The position numbers and the translations under genes were made by a program. Of a stretch of 53,249 nucleotides of DNA, positions 1 to 8,564 are shown piece after piece. The notes beneath the pieces are model-generated. The model was not told the origin of the DNA. It ran no database searches and saw only the letters and a list, made by a program, of their open reading frames with translations. Within the stretch, counting starts at the first letter, position 1. Each line of letters begins with the position of its first letter. Origin of the DNA: a virus (taxonomy: Duplodnaviria > Caudoviricetes); the IMG/VR virus record IMGVR_UViG_3300040811_001901, positions 1-53,249 of that record. One strand, 5' to 3'.

Positions 1-2
1 AT

Positions 3-89
3 ACTTATGTAGTTAGTCATGGATGGACTCATCCTCTATTAGAAAAAATTGAAGTCGTAAAACGAGAAAATGTGAGCGCACTTGAATGA
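3..89 (+). CDS. C-terminal fragment of SbcC/Rad50-like recombination ATPase (T5 D13-like), 5'-truncated by window
   Basis: Frame reads TYVVSHGWTHPLLEKIEVVKRENVSALE*. The hydrophobic-SH H-loop resembles ABC/SMC ATPases, and it lies just upstream of D14/D15-like genes as in T5. Confidence 0.65.
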   Translation, partial: TYVVSHGWTHPLLEKIEVVKRENVSALE

Positions 90-158
90 GAAACAATAGG
101 TTGGCAGCACAACGAAGAATGTGGCTATTAGTCAAATCTAAGAAGGAGGAATTAAAAA

Positions 159-377
159 GTGAGAAAGATGAGTACGAGAGAAAGTACGGAAAATGCTCTG
201 AGACTATATCTCTCAGGAAAAATGCAGTATCATGCAGCAAACGTAAAAATTTATCTTGAAAATCCAGTAGGAATTGGAGAGCATCCAGACGTATTGGGAG
301 CTTTAGAGGATGAGTTAGGTAAAGTTGCTGAATATAAGGAAAAGATAGATATTTTAAGAGAAATATGTGATGGTTGA
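159..377 (+). CDS. small conserved phage hypothetical protein (NPVGIGEHPD motif)
   Basis: AGGAGG at 144-149 precedes the GTG start; overlaps the next gene; motif recalled from aquatic phages. Confidence 0.7.
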   Translation: MRKMSTRESTENALRLYLSGKMQYHAANVKIYLENPVGIGEHPDVLGALEDELGKVAEYKEKIDILREICDG

Positions 378-828
378 CAGTAGAGCAAAAGGAGCGAGAG
401 GTGAATACCTTGTTCGAGATATGCTTCGTACTGCTACTAACTTACAATTCGAAAGAGTCCCTAATTCAGGGGCTCTTGAGTATTTAAAGGGCGATCTATA
501 TGTTCCGAATGAGAAAAATAGATTTTGTATCGAAGTAAAAAATTACTCAGAATCACCTCTCTCAGATAAGATATTTACTGCGAAAAAGACAAATAATCTT
601 ATTCGCTGGTGGAGAAAAGTAGAAAAACAAGCCGCAGGAGGGGAGCAAGAGCCTCTGCTGTTTTTTAAGTATAATCGCTCTCCGGTATTTGTTGTAACAA
701 ATTTACAGCCAAATGCAACAGACGAGTGGATGTACATACAATTTTTAAATTGTTTTATATTATTAGCCGAAGATTGGCTAGAGAATGAAACAGTGGAGTT
801 TTTAAGAAATGGCATTCAGTTTCAGTGA
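367..828 (+). CDS. Holliday junction resolvase-like PD-(D/E)xK nuclease (T5 D14-like)
   Basis: SRAKGARGE N-terminus, KGDL and IEVK motifs; position before the flap endonuclease. Confidence 0.85.
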   Translation: MMVDSRAKGARGEYLVRDMLRTATNLQFERVPNSGALEYLKGDLYVPNEKNRFCIEVKNYSESPLSDKIFTAKKTNNLIRWWRKVEKQAAGGEQEPLLFFKYNRSPVFVVTNLQPNATDEWMYIQFLNCFILLAEDWLENETVEFLRNGIQFQ

Positions 829-1654
829 AAAAATAGTGAATCCAAGTGATAAAACTACACTTATAGTAGATGCGCTAAACTTAGCATTTCGATGGAAGCA
901 TCAAGGACGTACAGACTTTCGATATGATTATCAACGTACTGTAGAGTCTCTTGCAAAGTCTTATGACTGTAAAAATTTAATTATTGCAGCAGACTGGGGG
1001 TCTTCTAGCTATAGAAAAGGTATTAATTCTGAGTACAAGCAAAATCGAAAAGAAAAGTTTGCAGAACAAACTGAAGAAGAACGAATCGCATTTGAAGAGT
1101 TTTTCGAAGAATTCGAAGCATCACTAGAAGTATTAGAAGAAGCAGGATACCCTGTTCTTCGATACAAAGGTGTAGAGGCAGATGATATTGCCGCTCACTT
1201 GGTAAAAGAAAGAAATAAGTATGGTTTAGAATATATTTGGCTTATTTCGAGTGATAGAGATTGGGATTTACTCATTCAAGAAAATGTTGGACGATTCTCA
1301 TATGTGACGAGGAAGGAAGTCACGCTTGATACATGGTCTGACCATTATGAATGTTCTCCCGAAGAATACATCTCTCTTAAATGTCTCACAGGAGACAAAG
1401 GCGACAATGTCCCAGGCATACCTGGAATAGGGCCAAAGAGAGCTGTACAGCTAATTCAAGAATATGGGGATGCAATGAGTATTTATGATGCAACTCCAAT
1501 TGATAGTCGATATAAGTTTATTCAAGCATTAAATGAAAATGCAGAACAAATTTTAGAAAACTATGAACTTATGGATTTAATGACTTATTGCGATGATGCG
1601 ATTGGGCCTGATAATATATCAGATATACAAGGGAGAATGTTAAGTGTCGTTTAA
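809..1654 (+). CDS. 5'-3' exonuclease / flap endonuclease (T5 D15-like)
   Basis: LIVDALN, YKQNR, EADD, SSDRDWD and LTGDKGDNVPGIPGIGPKRA (H3TH) motifs. Confidence 0.93.
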   Translation: MAFSFSEKIVNPSDKTTLIVDALNLAFRWKHQGRTDFRYDYQRTVESLAKSYDCKNLIIAADWGSSSYRKGINSEYKQNRKEKFAEQTEEERIAFEEFFEEFEASLEVLEEAGYPVLRYKGVEADDIAAHLVKERNKYGLEYIWLISSDRDWDLLIQENVGRFSYVTRKEVTLDTWSDHYECSPEEYISLKCLTGDKGDNVPGIPGIGPKRAVQLIQEYGDAMSIYDATPIDSRYKFIQALNENAEQILENYELMDLMTYCDDAIGPDNISDIQGRMLSVV

Positions 1655-3425
1655 TGTAACAGTAGATTATCGACGAGATCGATATCTATCAGAGTTTAGT
1701 AAGAAAACTCTGCAAGACAGATATTTAATTGATGGAGAAATATCTCCTCAAGACGCGTTTGCACGAGCAGCAAAGGCTTTTGCTAATGATGAAGCTCATG
1801 CACAGCGATTGTATGATTATGCTAGTAAACTCTGGTTTATGTTTAGTACCCCTATACTTTCTAATGGAGGCACTACTCGCGGCCTTCCTATTAGCTGCTT
1901 TCTCAACTATGTGGATGATAGCAGAGAAGGTCTTACAAATCACTACACCGAGAATGCTTTCCTTAGCAGTGTTGGTGGGGGTATTGGCGGGTGCTGGAAC
2001 GGGGTCAGGAGCGTAGGCTCGAAAACGAGCAATGGCTCCGAAAGTACGGGTGTTATTCCCTTTTTGAAAGTAGTAGATGCAGAAATGTTGGCGTTCAGCC
2101 AGGGTGTTACTCGTCGAGGAAGCTACGCTGCATATCTTGACATTTCACATCCTGAAATTGAAGAATTTTTGGATGTTCGTAAGCCGACTGGTGGTGACGT
2201 AAATCGTAAGTCTGTAAACTTGCATCATGGAGTAATTATTCCAGACGCTTTTATGGAACTTATCGAAGGTGCTACGAGAGAAGAAGGGTTTGATGACTCC
2301 TGGGACTTGATTGATCCTCATTCTGGCAGAGTTACAAAGACTGTATCCGCTAAAACACTTTGGGTAAAACTTATTCAAAATCGTGTAGAAACTGGCGAAC
2401 CTTATATTATGTTTAATGATACTGTGCAAGATGCTTTGCCTCAGTGTCAGAAAGATAAAGGATTACAAGTTCATCACTCAAATCTTTGTAGTGAAATTAC
2501 TCTTGCAACAGACGACGACCGTACAGCAGTATGCTGTCTATCAAGTGTAAATTTGGAAGAATTTGATGAGTGGCAGCACGACCCGCATTTTATCCCTGAC
2601 CTAGTAGCAATGCTTGATAATGTTCTTACACACTTTATTGAGAATGCACCAAACGAGCTGTGGAGAGCAGCACATAGTGCAGAACAAGAAAGAAGTATTG
2701 GTCTCGGAGCAATGGGTTTTCATGCCTATCTTCAGAGACACCATACGCCACTCGAAGGGGTAATGGCGAAGAGCGCAAACATGAGAATGTTTCGCCACAT
2801 AAAAACGGAGGCGCTAGATGCAACTCGTAAATTGGCTGAAGAAAGGGGCGAAGCTCCTGATGCAGTGGGTTATGGCGTTCGCAATGTTCATCTCTTGGCT
2901 GTTGCTCCTAATGCTAGTAGTAGTATTATCTGCGGTAACACTAGCCCTAGTATTGAGCCTTACAGAGCTAACGCGTTTACTCAGAAGACTAAATCCGGAT
3001 CCAGTCTTCAAAAAAATGAGTACCTTGAGCACATTCTTCAAGAGATAGGAGAAGATAACGATGAAGTATGGAAAAGTATTGTTACAAACGGCGGTTCAGT
3101 TCAGCATCTTGACTTTCTTGATGACTTTACAAAAGACGTCTTTAAAACCGCAGTTGAAATTGACCAAAGATGGCTTATTGATTTTGCAGCCGATCGACAA
3201 CAATATATCTGCCAAAGTCAATCCCTAAATGTTTTCTTTCCTGCAAACGTATCAAAGCAGGAACTTCATGCTATTCATATGATGGCTTGGAAGAAAAAAG
3301 TAAAAACTCTATACTATTTGCGAAGTGAAGCGTATAAACGTGCGGAAAATGTATCTGATGAAGCTCTTCGACAGTATATTTTTGAAAGCATAGATGATGA
3401 AGGATGCCTTGCCTGTGAAGGATAA
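1644..3425 (+). CDS. nrdA: ribonucleotide reductase class I alpha subunit (short, no obvious ATP cone)
   Basis: STPILSN, ISCF, SNLCSE catalytic motif, VCCLSS, APNASSS, TLYYLR, C-terminal CLAC. Confidence 0.95.
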   Translation: MSFNVTVDYRRDRYLSEFSKKTLQDRYLIDGEISPQDAFARAAKAFANDEAHAQRLYDYASKLWFMFSTPILSNGGTTRGLPISCFLNYVDDSREGLTNHYTENAFLSSVGGGIGGCWNGVRSVGSKTSNGSESTGVIPFLKVVDAEMLAFSQGVTRRGSYAAYLDISHPEIEEFLDVRKPTGGDVNRKSVNLHHGVIIPDAFMELIEGATREEGFDDSWDLIDPHSGRVTKTVSAKTLWVKLIQNRVETGEPYIMFNDTVQDALPQCQKDKGLQVHHSNLCSEITLATDDDRTAVCCLSSVNLEEFDEWQHDPHFIPDLVAMLDNVLTHFIENAPNELWRAAHSAEQERSIGLGAMGFHAYLQRHHTPLEGVMAKSANMRMFRHIKTEALDATRKLAEERGEAPDAVGYGVRNVHLLAVAPNASSSIICGNTSPSIEPYRANAFTQKTKSGSSLQKNEYLEHILQEIGEDNDEVWKSIVTNGGSVQHLDFLDDFTKDVFKTAVEIDQRWLIDFAADRQQYICQSQSLNVFFPANVSKQELHAIHMMAWKKKVKTLYYLRSEAYKRAENVSDEALRQYIFESIDDEGCLACEG

Positions 3426-3645
3426 AATAACAGTATGGGGTATGGAAGATTGTCGATTTTGTCACTTGGCAGTAGATTTGGCAAAAAGTAAGGGGTTTGA
3501 AGTCGAAAAGATCGAAGCAAGCCATGATATGTTAAAATTTAGTAAATTATTTCCCAATGTAAAAACAGTACCTCAGATACTTATTGGGGATACTTGGATC
3601 GGGGGATATAGCGACTTAGCACAAGTCTTAGAGAGCATTGAATGA
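3394..3645 (+). CDS. glutaredoxin (start may be GTG at 3415)
   Basis: CRFC active site, TVPQI cis-Pro, IGGYSDL; lies between nrdA and nrdB. Confidence 0.9.
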   Translation: MMKDALPVKDKITVWGMEDCRFCHLAVDLAKSKGFEVEKIEASHDMLKFSKLFPNVKTVPQILIGDTWIGGYSDLAQVLESIE

Positions 3646-4601
3646 ATTTATTGACAGAAAGAGAATATTACAAGCCTTTTAATTACCCTTGGGCTTTTAA
3701 ACACTATAAAACTCAACAGCATATGCACTGGCTTCCTGATGAAGTCAATCTTGCAGATGACTTACGAGACTATCGAGATAAGTTGACTCCTGAGAATCGT
3801 CGACTTATCAATCAGATTTTTAGATTCTTTACACAAGCTGATGTAGATGTTTGTTGTGGATATGCAAAGCATTATCTACCAACATTTAAGCAGCCTGAAG
3901 TAAGAATGATGCTATCTGCTTTTGCAGCAATGGAAGCAGTGCATCAAGAAGCATATTCATTATTGTTAGAAACTCTTGGTTTTGGTGACGACGAATATCA
4001 AAAGTTTTTTGAGCACAAAGCAATGATGGATAAACACGAGCATCTTTCCAACTTTGGAATGGATACTCCAATGAATATCGCTAAAACAATGGCAATTTAC
4101 TCTGGATTTACAGAAGGAGTACAATTGTTCAGTAGTTTTGCTATTCTACTTAACTTTCCAAGACATAACTTGATGAAAGGTATGGGACAGATTGTTACAT
4201 GGTCGATTCGTGATGAAACATTGCACGTTGAAGGTATGTCACAACTATTCCGTACTTTTATTCAAGAGAATCCAGAGCTATGGAACGATGATCTAAAGTA
4301 TGAGATTTACTGTGCCGCAGAGCGCACTGTGGAGCTTGAAGATGCTTTTATTGACTTATGTTTTGAAGGTGCGGAAGTGCCTGATCTAACAGCGGAGGAA
4401 GTAAAAGAGTATATTCGATATATTGCAGATCGTCGACTTCTTGGTCTAGGAATGAAGAAAATTTTTGGAAGTGAAAATAATCCTCTACCTTGGCTTGACT
4501 ATATGTTGAACGGGGTAGAGCACACTAACTTTTTTGAAAACCGTGCCACCGAGTACGCTCGAGCTAGTACTACGGGTAACTGGCAAGATATATTTAAATA
4601 G
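3642..4601 (+). CDS. nrdB: ribonucleotide reductase class I beta subunit
   Basis: WLPDE, FFTQAD, EAVHQEAY (radical Tyr), TEG, DETLH, NFFENRATEY. Confidence 0.95.
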   Translation: MNLLTEREYYKPFNYPWAFKHYKTQQHMHWLPDEVNLADDLRDYRDKLTPENRRLINQIFRFFTQADVDVCCGYAKHYLPTFKQPEVRMMLSAFAAMEAVHQEAYSLLLETLGFGDDEYQKFFEHKAMMDKHEHLSNFGMDTPMNIAKTMAIYSGFTEGVQLFSSFAILLNFPRHNLMKGMGQIVTWSIRDETLHVEGMSQLFRTFIQENPELWNDDLKYEIYCAAERTVELEDAFIDLCFEGAEVPDLTAEEVKEYIRYIADRRLLGLGMKKIFGSENNPLPWLDYMLNGVEHTNFFENRATEYARASTTGNWQDIFK

Positions 4602-4610
4602 GAACCTATT

Positions 4611-4793
4611 ATGGCGAATGAAAATATCAATCTCGACCTTTCTCTAGAAGAGATCAATGTAATTCTAGGCGGATTGGGAGAGCTCCCCGCGAAAGCAAGT
4701 ATGGGAGTAATTACTAAAATTCAACAGCAAGCGAGCCCGCAGGTTCAACCAGAACCTCAGCCCGCACCGGCTGAAGAAGGAGAGGAGGCGTAA
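4611..4793 (+). CDS. small hypothetical protein
   Basis: AGGA RBS; 60-aa ORF ending in the terminator. Confidence 0.65.
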   Translation: MANENINLDLSLEEINVILGGLGELPAKASMGVITKIQQQASPQVQPEPQPAPAEEGEEA

Positions 4794-4806
4794 GCCTCCT
4801 TTTTTA
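4783..4806 (+). terminator. intrinsic terminator closing the plus-strand operon
   Basis: AGGAGGC-GTAA-GCCTCCT followed by T6; GNRA loop contains the stop codon; sits at the convergence point. Confidence 0.85.
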
Positions 4807-4824
4807 ATACCTTATATAGTACCA

Positions 4825-5058
4825 TTACGGGGTCTCAACGGGGTCTTCTGCCAGAGCAGTAATTACACCAACAGCAATCTTGTGTTCAACACCTCTCGCT
4901 ACTTCAGAAACACGAATTTCTGTAGCTTCCGCATCGTATGCTCCATCAGTAAAGACTGCATTTACGCCGCGAGTGTGTGTAATTGTTCCATCTGTAAAAG
5001 TTACCTCTACAGTTGTATTTTCACCTTCTGGTGCGTTATATGTATATGTTACGCTCAT
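4825..5058 (-). CDS. small fibre-associated hypothetical protein
   Basis: ATGA overlap with the upstream fibre gene; last gene of the minus-strand operon. Confidence 0.65.
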   Translation of the reverse strand: MSVTYTYNAPEGENTTVEVTFTDGTITHTRGVNAVFTDGAYDAEATEIRVSEVARGVEHKIAVGVITALAEDPVETP

Positions 5059-6965
5059 TTTAATTTATCCTTTAGTTCTTCAATTTGAGCTTGTTGCTCT
5101 TTGATTGCTTCGACTAGCAAAGCACACACCCTATCGTATTGAATAGTTTTGTAATTCTCACCAGACTTAGATGTACCCATTTTGTGTGATTGGTCTTCTT
5201 TGCTATTCGGCTCCGGTGAAAACGTATCGAACGGGGCTAACTTAACTAGTTGCGGCATAACCTTTTCTACGTCTTGTGCTATCAAACCGACATCATTAAA
5301 CTTTGTCTCTGGCTTAAAACCCAATTCGTCTGCCTTATCATTCCAGTCAAACGTTACACCTTTTATTTGTTTAACTTTATCTATTGCATTTTCAATAGGC
5401 TTGATGTTGGTTTTTAATCTTTCATCCGATGAGTAAGCAGTAATATTATACTGAGCGGTGATGTTACCCCCAAAAATAGCATCGTTATTTGTTAGGTTCC
5501 AATACACCGGCCACATGTTGTTAACGGTACCCCAAGACGTAGAATCCGTAGCCTGGTTTCCGCGTAATATGTACATTAGATTACTGTTATTATGAAGCAT
5601 AGCACCGCGGTGATTGGTATCGCGGAAGTATATTGTCGGTGCATCGTTACGAATCCAGATAGCGTTGCTATCAGTAGAGCTGTTGGTTTTTATAGCAGAA
5701 AGTTCTGTACCATCTAACAAATCAGCATCCAAGCCAGAGCCAGAGCCGTCGTTTCCTGAATCCCATAGAGTATGTGTATTATCCCGCGTAAAAGAACCGC
5801 TATCTGGAAGTTTCAATCTCCATGCGTATGCTGAACTTAAAAATCCTTGAGAGCCGCCGCCTCCATAAACCAAAAACTGTTGAGCCCCGGTGCTATCTAA
5901 ACCATGTATAGAAGCTTCGTTATTATCCCCAGCATTTTGAATAGTTAATGTTTTCCAAGAGTGTGAAGTAGAGTGGGTTAAAGTAGCATCACCAAGAGTT
6001 AACGAGCTAAGAGTAATATTCGTGCCCGTGTCATTAGCATCGCTACGCAAAAAGCTAGAAGCCTGTAGCCCATCAACAGTATCAGCATCTAAACCTGAGC
6101 CAGCGCCGTCGTTTGTAGCACCCCAAAGAGTTCCTTGAACATCAGTAGATAGAGAGCCAGCAGTAGTAAGCACGGCCCTTTGAGTAGCATTACAAACAAA
6201 TGATAATTGATGGTTGGTGTACGTACCTACATGCCCCATGGTACCACCATGCCAAGAGTCATGTGCGTAAATACCCATTCGTACATTAGCTGTTTTTACA
6301 TTAACTCTTGCATGGCCGCTACCATGAATATTTAACTGCCTATTCCACCCGTCATAATTGGTATTTGCTTCTCCAATGGAAATACCTCCGTAGGTAGCAC
6401 CCGTAACTTGAAGATTTCCGCTGGTAACATCATTAGCATCGGAGCGTAGAAACTGAGAAGCACTTAAACCGCCTACAGTTCCTGCATCATAAGAAGTAGA
6501 ACCCGCGGGTCCAGTAGGTCCAGTAGGGCCAGTAGGTCCTGTTGGCCCAGGCGATCCATTACTTCCAGCAGGTCCCGTAGGTCCCGTAGGTCCGGTAGGT
6601 CCGGTAGGTCCATCTGCTCCATCAACTCCTATACTTCCATCCGCTCCAGCGGGTCCCGCAGGTCCGGTAGGTCCGGTAGGTCCGGTAGGTCCGGTAGGTC
6701 CACTTAAAGTTTGACTTGCTACATAATCAATTACAGCAGCGGAAGTAGGAAGAGCAGTATCAGTATCATGATTTGCAATTTCTTCTGACGCAGTAACTAC
6801 TGCATCATTGTGCAGTTTTGCAAAAGTAACACTCTCATCTTTAATTGCAGCAGTTTCAACAGAGGCATCTCGAAAAGTATTCTTACCCGCTTTTACATTT
6901 CCAGATACATCTGTTTCTAGCCCACGAAGCCATTCTGCTAGTTTTCTTCCTTTAGATTTTGACAT
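5055..6965 (-). CDS. tail fibre with collagen-like segment and C-terminal peptidase S74 intramolecular chaperone
   Basis: (GPT)n, repeated GSGLDAD..DG / FLRSDAND motifs, SDERLKTNI...GLIAQDV, C-terminal coiled coil. Confidence 0.85.
   Translation of the reverse strand: MSKSKGRKLAEWLRGLETDVSGNVKAGKNTFRDASVETAAIKDESVTFAKLHNDAVVTASEEIANHDTDTALPTSAAVIDYVASQTLSGPTGPTGPTGPTGPAGPAGADGSIGVDGADGPTGPTGPTGPTGPAGSNGSPGPTGPTGPTGPTGPAGSTSYDAGTVGGLSASQFLRSDANDVTSGNLQVTGATYGGISIGEANTNYDGWNRQLNIHGSGHARVNVKTANVRMGIYAHDSWHGGTMGHVGTYTNHQLSFVCNATQRAVLTTAGSLSTDVQGTLWGATNDGAGSGLDADTVDGLQASSFLRSDANDTGTNITLSSLTLGDATLTHSTSHSWKTLTIQNAGDNNEASIHGLDSTGAQQFLVYGGGGSQGFLSSAYAWRLKLPDSGSFTRDNTHTLWDSGNDGSGSGLDADLLDGTELSAIKTNSSTDSNAIWIRNDAPTIYFRDTNHRGAMLHNNSNLMYILRGNQATDSTSWGTVNNMWPVYWNLTNNDAIFGGNITAQYNITAYSSDERLKTNIKPIENAIDKVKQIKGVTFDWNDKADELGFKPETKFNDVGLIAQDVEKVMPQLVKLAPFDTFSPEPNSKEDQSHKMGTSKSGENYKTIQYDRVCALLVEAIKEQQAQIEELKDKLK
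6501..6701 (-). repeat. collagen-like Gly-Pro-Thr tandem repeats
   Basis: Three GPT runs; exact 9-nt unit GGTCCGGTA x4 at 6661-6696. Confidence 0.9.
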
Positions 6966-6968
6966 TAA

Positions 6969-7526
6969 TTACTCCGGTTGAGTCGGCCATACTATATTAG
7001 TAGGGAATCCTGCTTGAGCGGGTATATCTCGTAGTGCTTGTCTATAGTCTAGCCACGCTTGGGAAGCCTCTGGAGTATCAGAAAATACTAAATAATCTGT
7101 TTCTCTTAAGAGATAAAAACGCTTTCCTCGTGCTCTATCAGCTAACTCTTCTTCTGTTAAATCTACGACTTCCCAATACTCTATAATATTGTCCTCTGTT
7201 TGTCGAACCGCCGAAACTAATTTTTGAGTATCAAAATTATACTCAGGCTCTGGCTCAGTAAGTATTTCTTTTAGCTTTTCTCGCACAGCCGGTTGAGGAC
7301 CAGTTAAAGACTCTGCAAGCATAGGAGGGGCATTTACAGATTTTTCCCATGTATCACAGATAACATGAGCAAAAGTTTCTATTTGATCTCTAACTGCCTC
7401 TTCCGATAAATCCCCTAATCTAAAACTTTGTACTAGCTCTTGATGATTTTCGTTATCTGAAGTATATCGTACTGATATAGAAAGAGTGTTTGCGTTATAT
7501 TCTATTATTTCATAAGTATAGTTCAT
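6969..7526 (-). CDS. tail fibre assembly chaperone-like protein
   Basis: C-terminal R..LL.ETD...W..YRQALRDIP....FP..IVWPTQP motif. Confidence 0.75.
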   Translation of the reverse strand: MNYTYEIIEYNANTLSISVRYTSDNENHQELVQSFRLGDLSEEAVRDQIETFAHVICDTWEKSVNAPPMLAESLTGPQPAVREKLKEILTEPEPEYNFDTQKLVSAVRQTEDNIIEYWEVVDLTEEELADRARGKRFYLLRETDYLVFSDTPEASQAWLDYRQALRDIPAQAGFPTNIVWPTQPE

Positions 7527-8521
7527 GCCGTATAAGTTCCTGAGTTTGCTGAGGAGCCGCTAGACGTTACATTCTTTACTAGAGTTGCTCCGATGTAAAT
7601 ATAAATATATCCTACGCCATTTCGTGAGCCATTACTGCCCGTAACTGTCACAGTAGAAGAGCCGCTATAGGCAGAAGTTCTTCCGTAGCCTCCACCACCT
7701 CCACCTCCGCCTCCGCCGGCGTTGCCGCCTCCTCCACCGCCGCCTCCGTAGCCTCCGCCGCCACCGCCACCAAAACCGTCGCCTGCAGAAGCCCCGTTTC
7801 CGCCGTAACCACCATTATATCCTAGACTATTTGCTCCATAAGCATAGGAAGTAAGAGGATTCTTTCCGCTTCCTCCTGCTGTAGATGTTCCTGCATTGCC
7901 GGGATTTCCTCTTGTCGATGCTCCTGCAGAGCCTCCTGTACCGCCGGAGCCACCGCCACCACCACCGCCAATCCATACGCTATTATCACCCGAGCCCGCG
8001 TTTCCTCCGCTATTTGCGCCACCTCCGTTGCCCCCTCTTCCATCTGAAGGATCTGCATAGCCATAACCTTCTCCACCGCCACCGCCTCCTCCACCGGCAA
8101 TTCCGAGAATTACACCTCCGCTTGTCCAGCGAACTACAGAAGCGCCGCCTCCAGGGGCTCCCCAGTCTATTCTACCACCATTACTGGGAACATTGGTACC
8201 TCGTCCTCCAGAATATAATTGAAATTGCGTGCCTCCGGGAACGGCTACTTGACAACGAGTATAGCCGCCATAACCTCTTCCTGATTGAGCGTTATAATTG
8301 CCGCTAGTATTTGCAGCACCTCTGCCCCCATAAATACGAAAATCAAGAGATACTGAAGAAGAAGCTCCGTACCACTCATTAAAGCTCATTTGAACGCCAG
8401 AGGCTTTACTAATAAGTGCTCGAATATCTGCATCATTAATAGTGCAAGTTGTACCAGAGACTCCACCAGCCTCTACATGAATATCGTTAAGACTAATTGA
8501 TCCGCTAGTCTGAATAGCCAT
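7523..8521 (-). CDS. glycine-rich fibre-tip adhesin-like protein
   Basis: Start taken at ATG 8521 (AAGGAG RBS), N-terminus MAIQTSGSISLNDI; many Gly5-9 runs. Confidence 0.7.
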   Translation of the reverse strand: MAIQTSGSISLNDIHVEAGGVSGTTCTINDADIRALISKASGVQMSFNEWYGASSSVSLDFRIYGGRGAANTSGNYNAQSGRGYGGYTRCQVAVPGGTQFQLYSGGRGTNVPSNGGRIDWGAPGGGASVVRWTSGGVILGIAGGGGGGGGEGYGYADPSDGRGGNGGGANSGGNAGSGDNSVWIGGGGGGGSGGTGGSAGASTRGNPGNAGTSTAGGSGKNPLTSYAYGANSLGYNGGYGGNGASAGDGFGGGGGGGYGGGGGGGGNAGGGGGGGGGGYGRTSAYSGSSTVTVTGSNGSRNGVGYIYIYIGATLVKNVTSSGSSANSGTYTA

Positions 8522-8523
8522 TC

Positions 8524-8564
8524 TTTCTCCTTTGGTTCGCCCCAATCTCCGAGTGAGGTAATTA
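8524..8564 (-). repeat. 41-bp intergenic element, copy 1 (hairpin plus RBS)
   Basis: 39/41 identical to 46232-46272. Confidence 0.9.

Noticed and set aside
86-259. 57-aa ORF with ATGA overlap after the D13-like gene
   Set aside because: Overlaps the better-supported 159-377 gene by about 100 nt and has no motif; cannot support
1644-4601. Introns, inteins or homing endonucleases in nrdA/nrdB (also terL)
   Set aside because: ORFs are continuous and of minimal length
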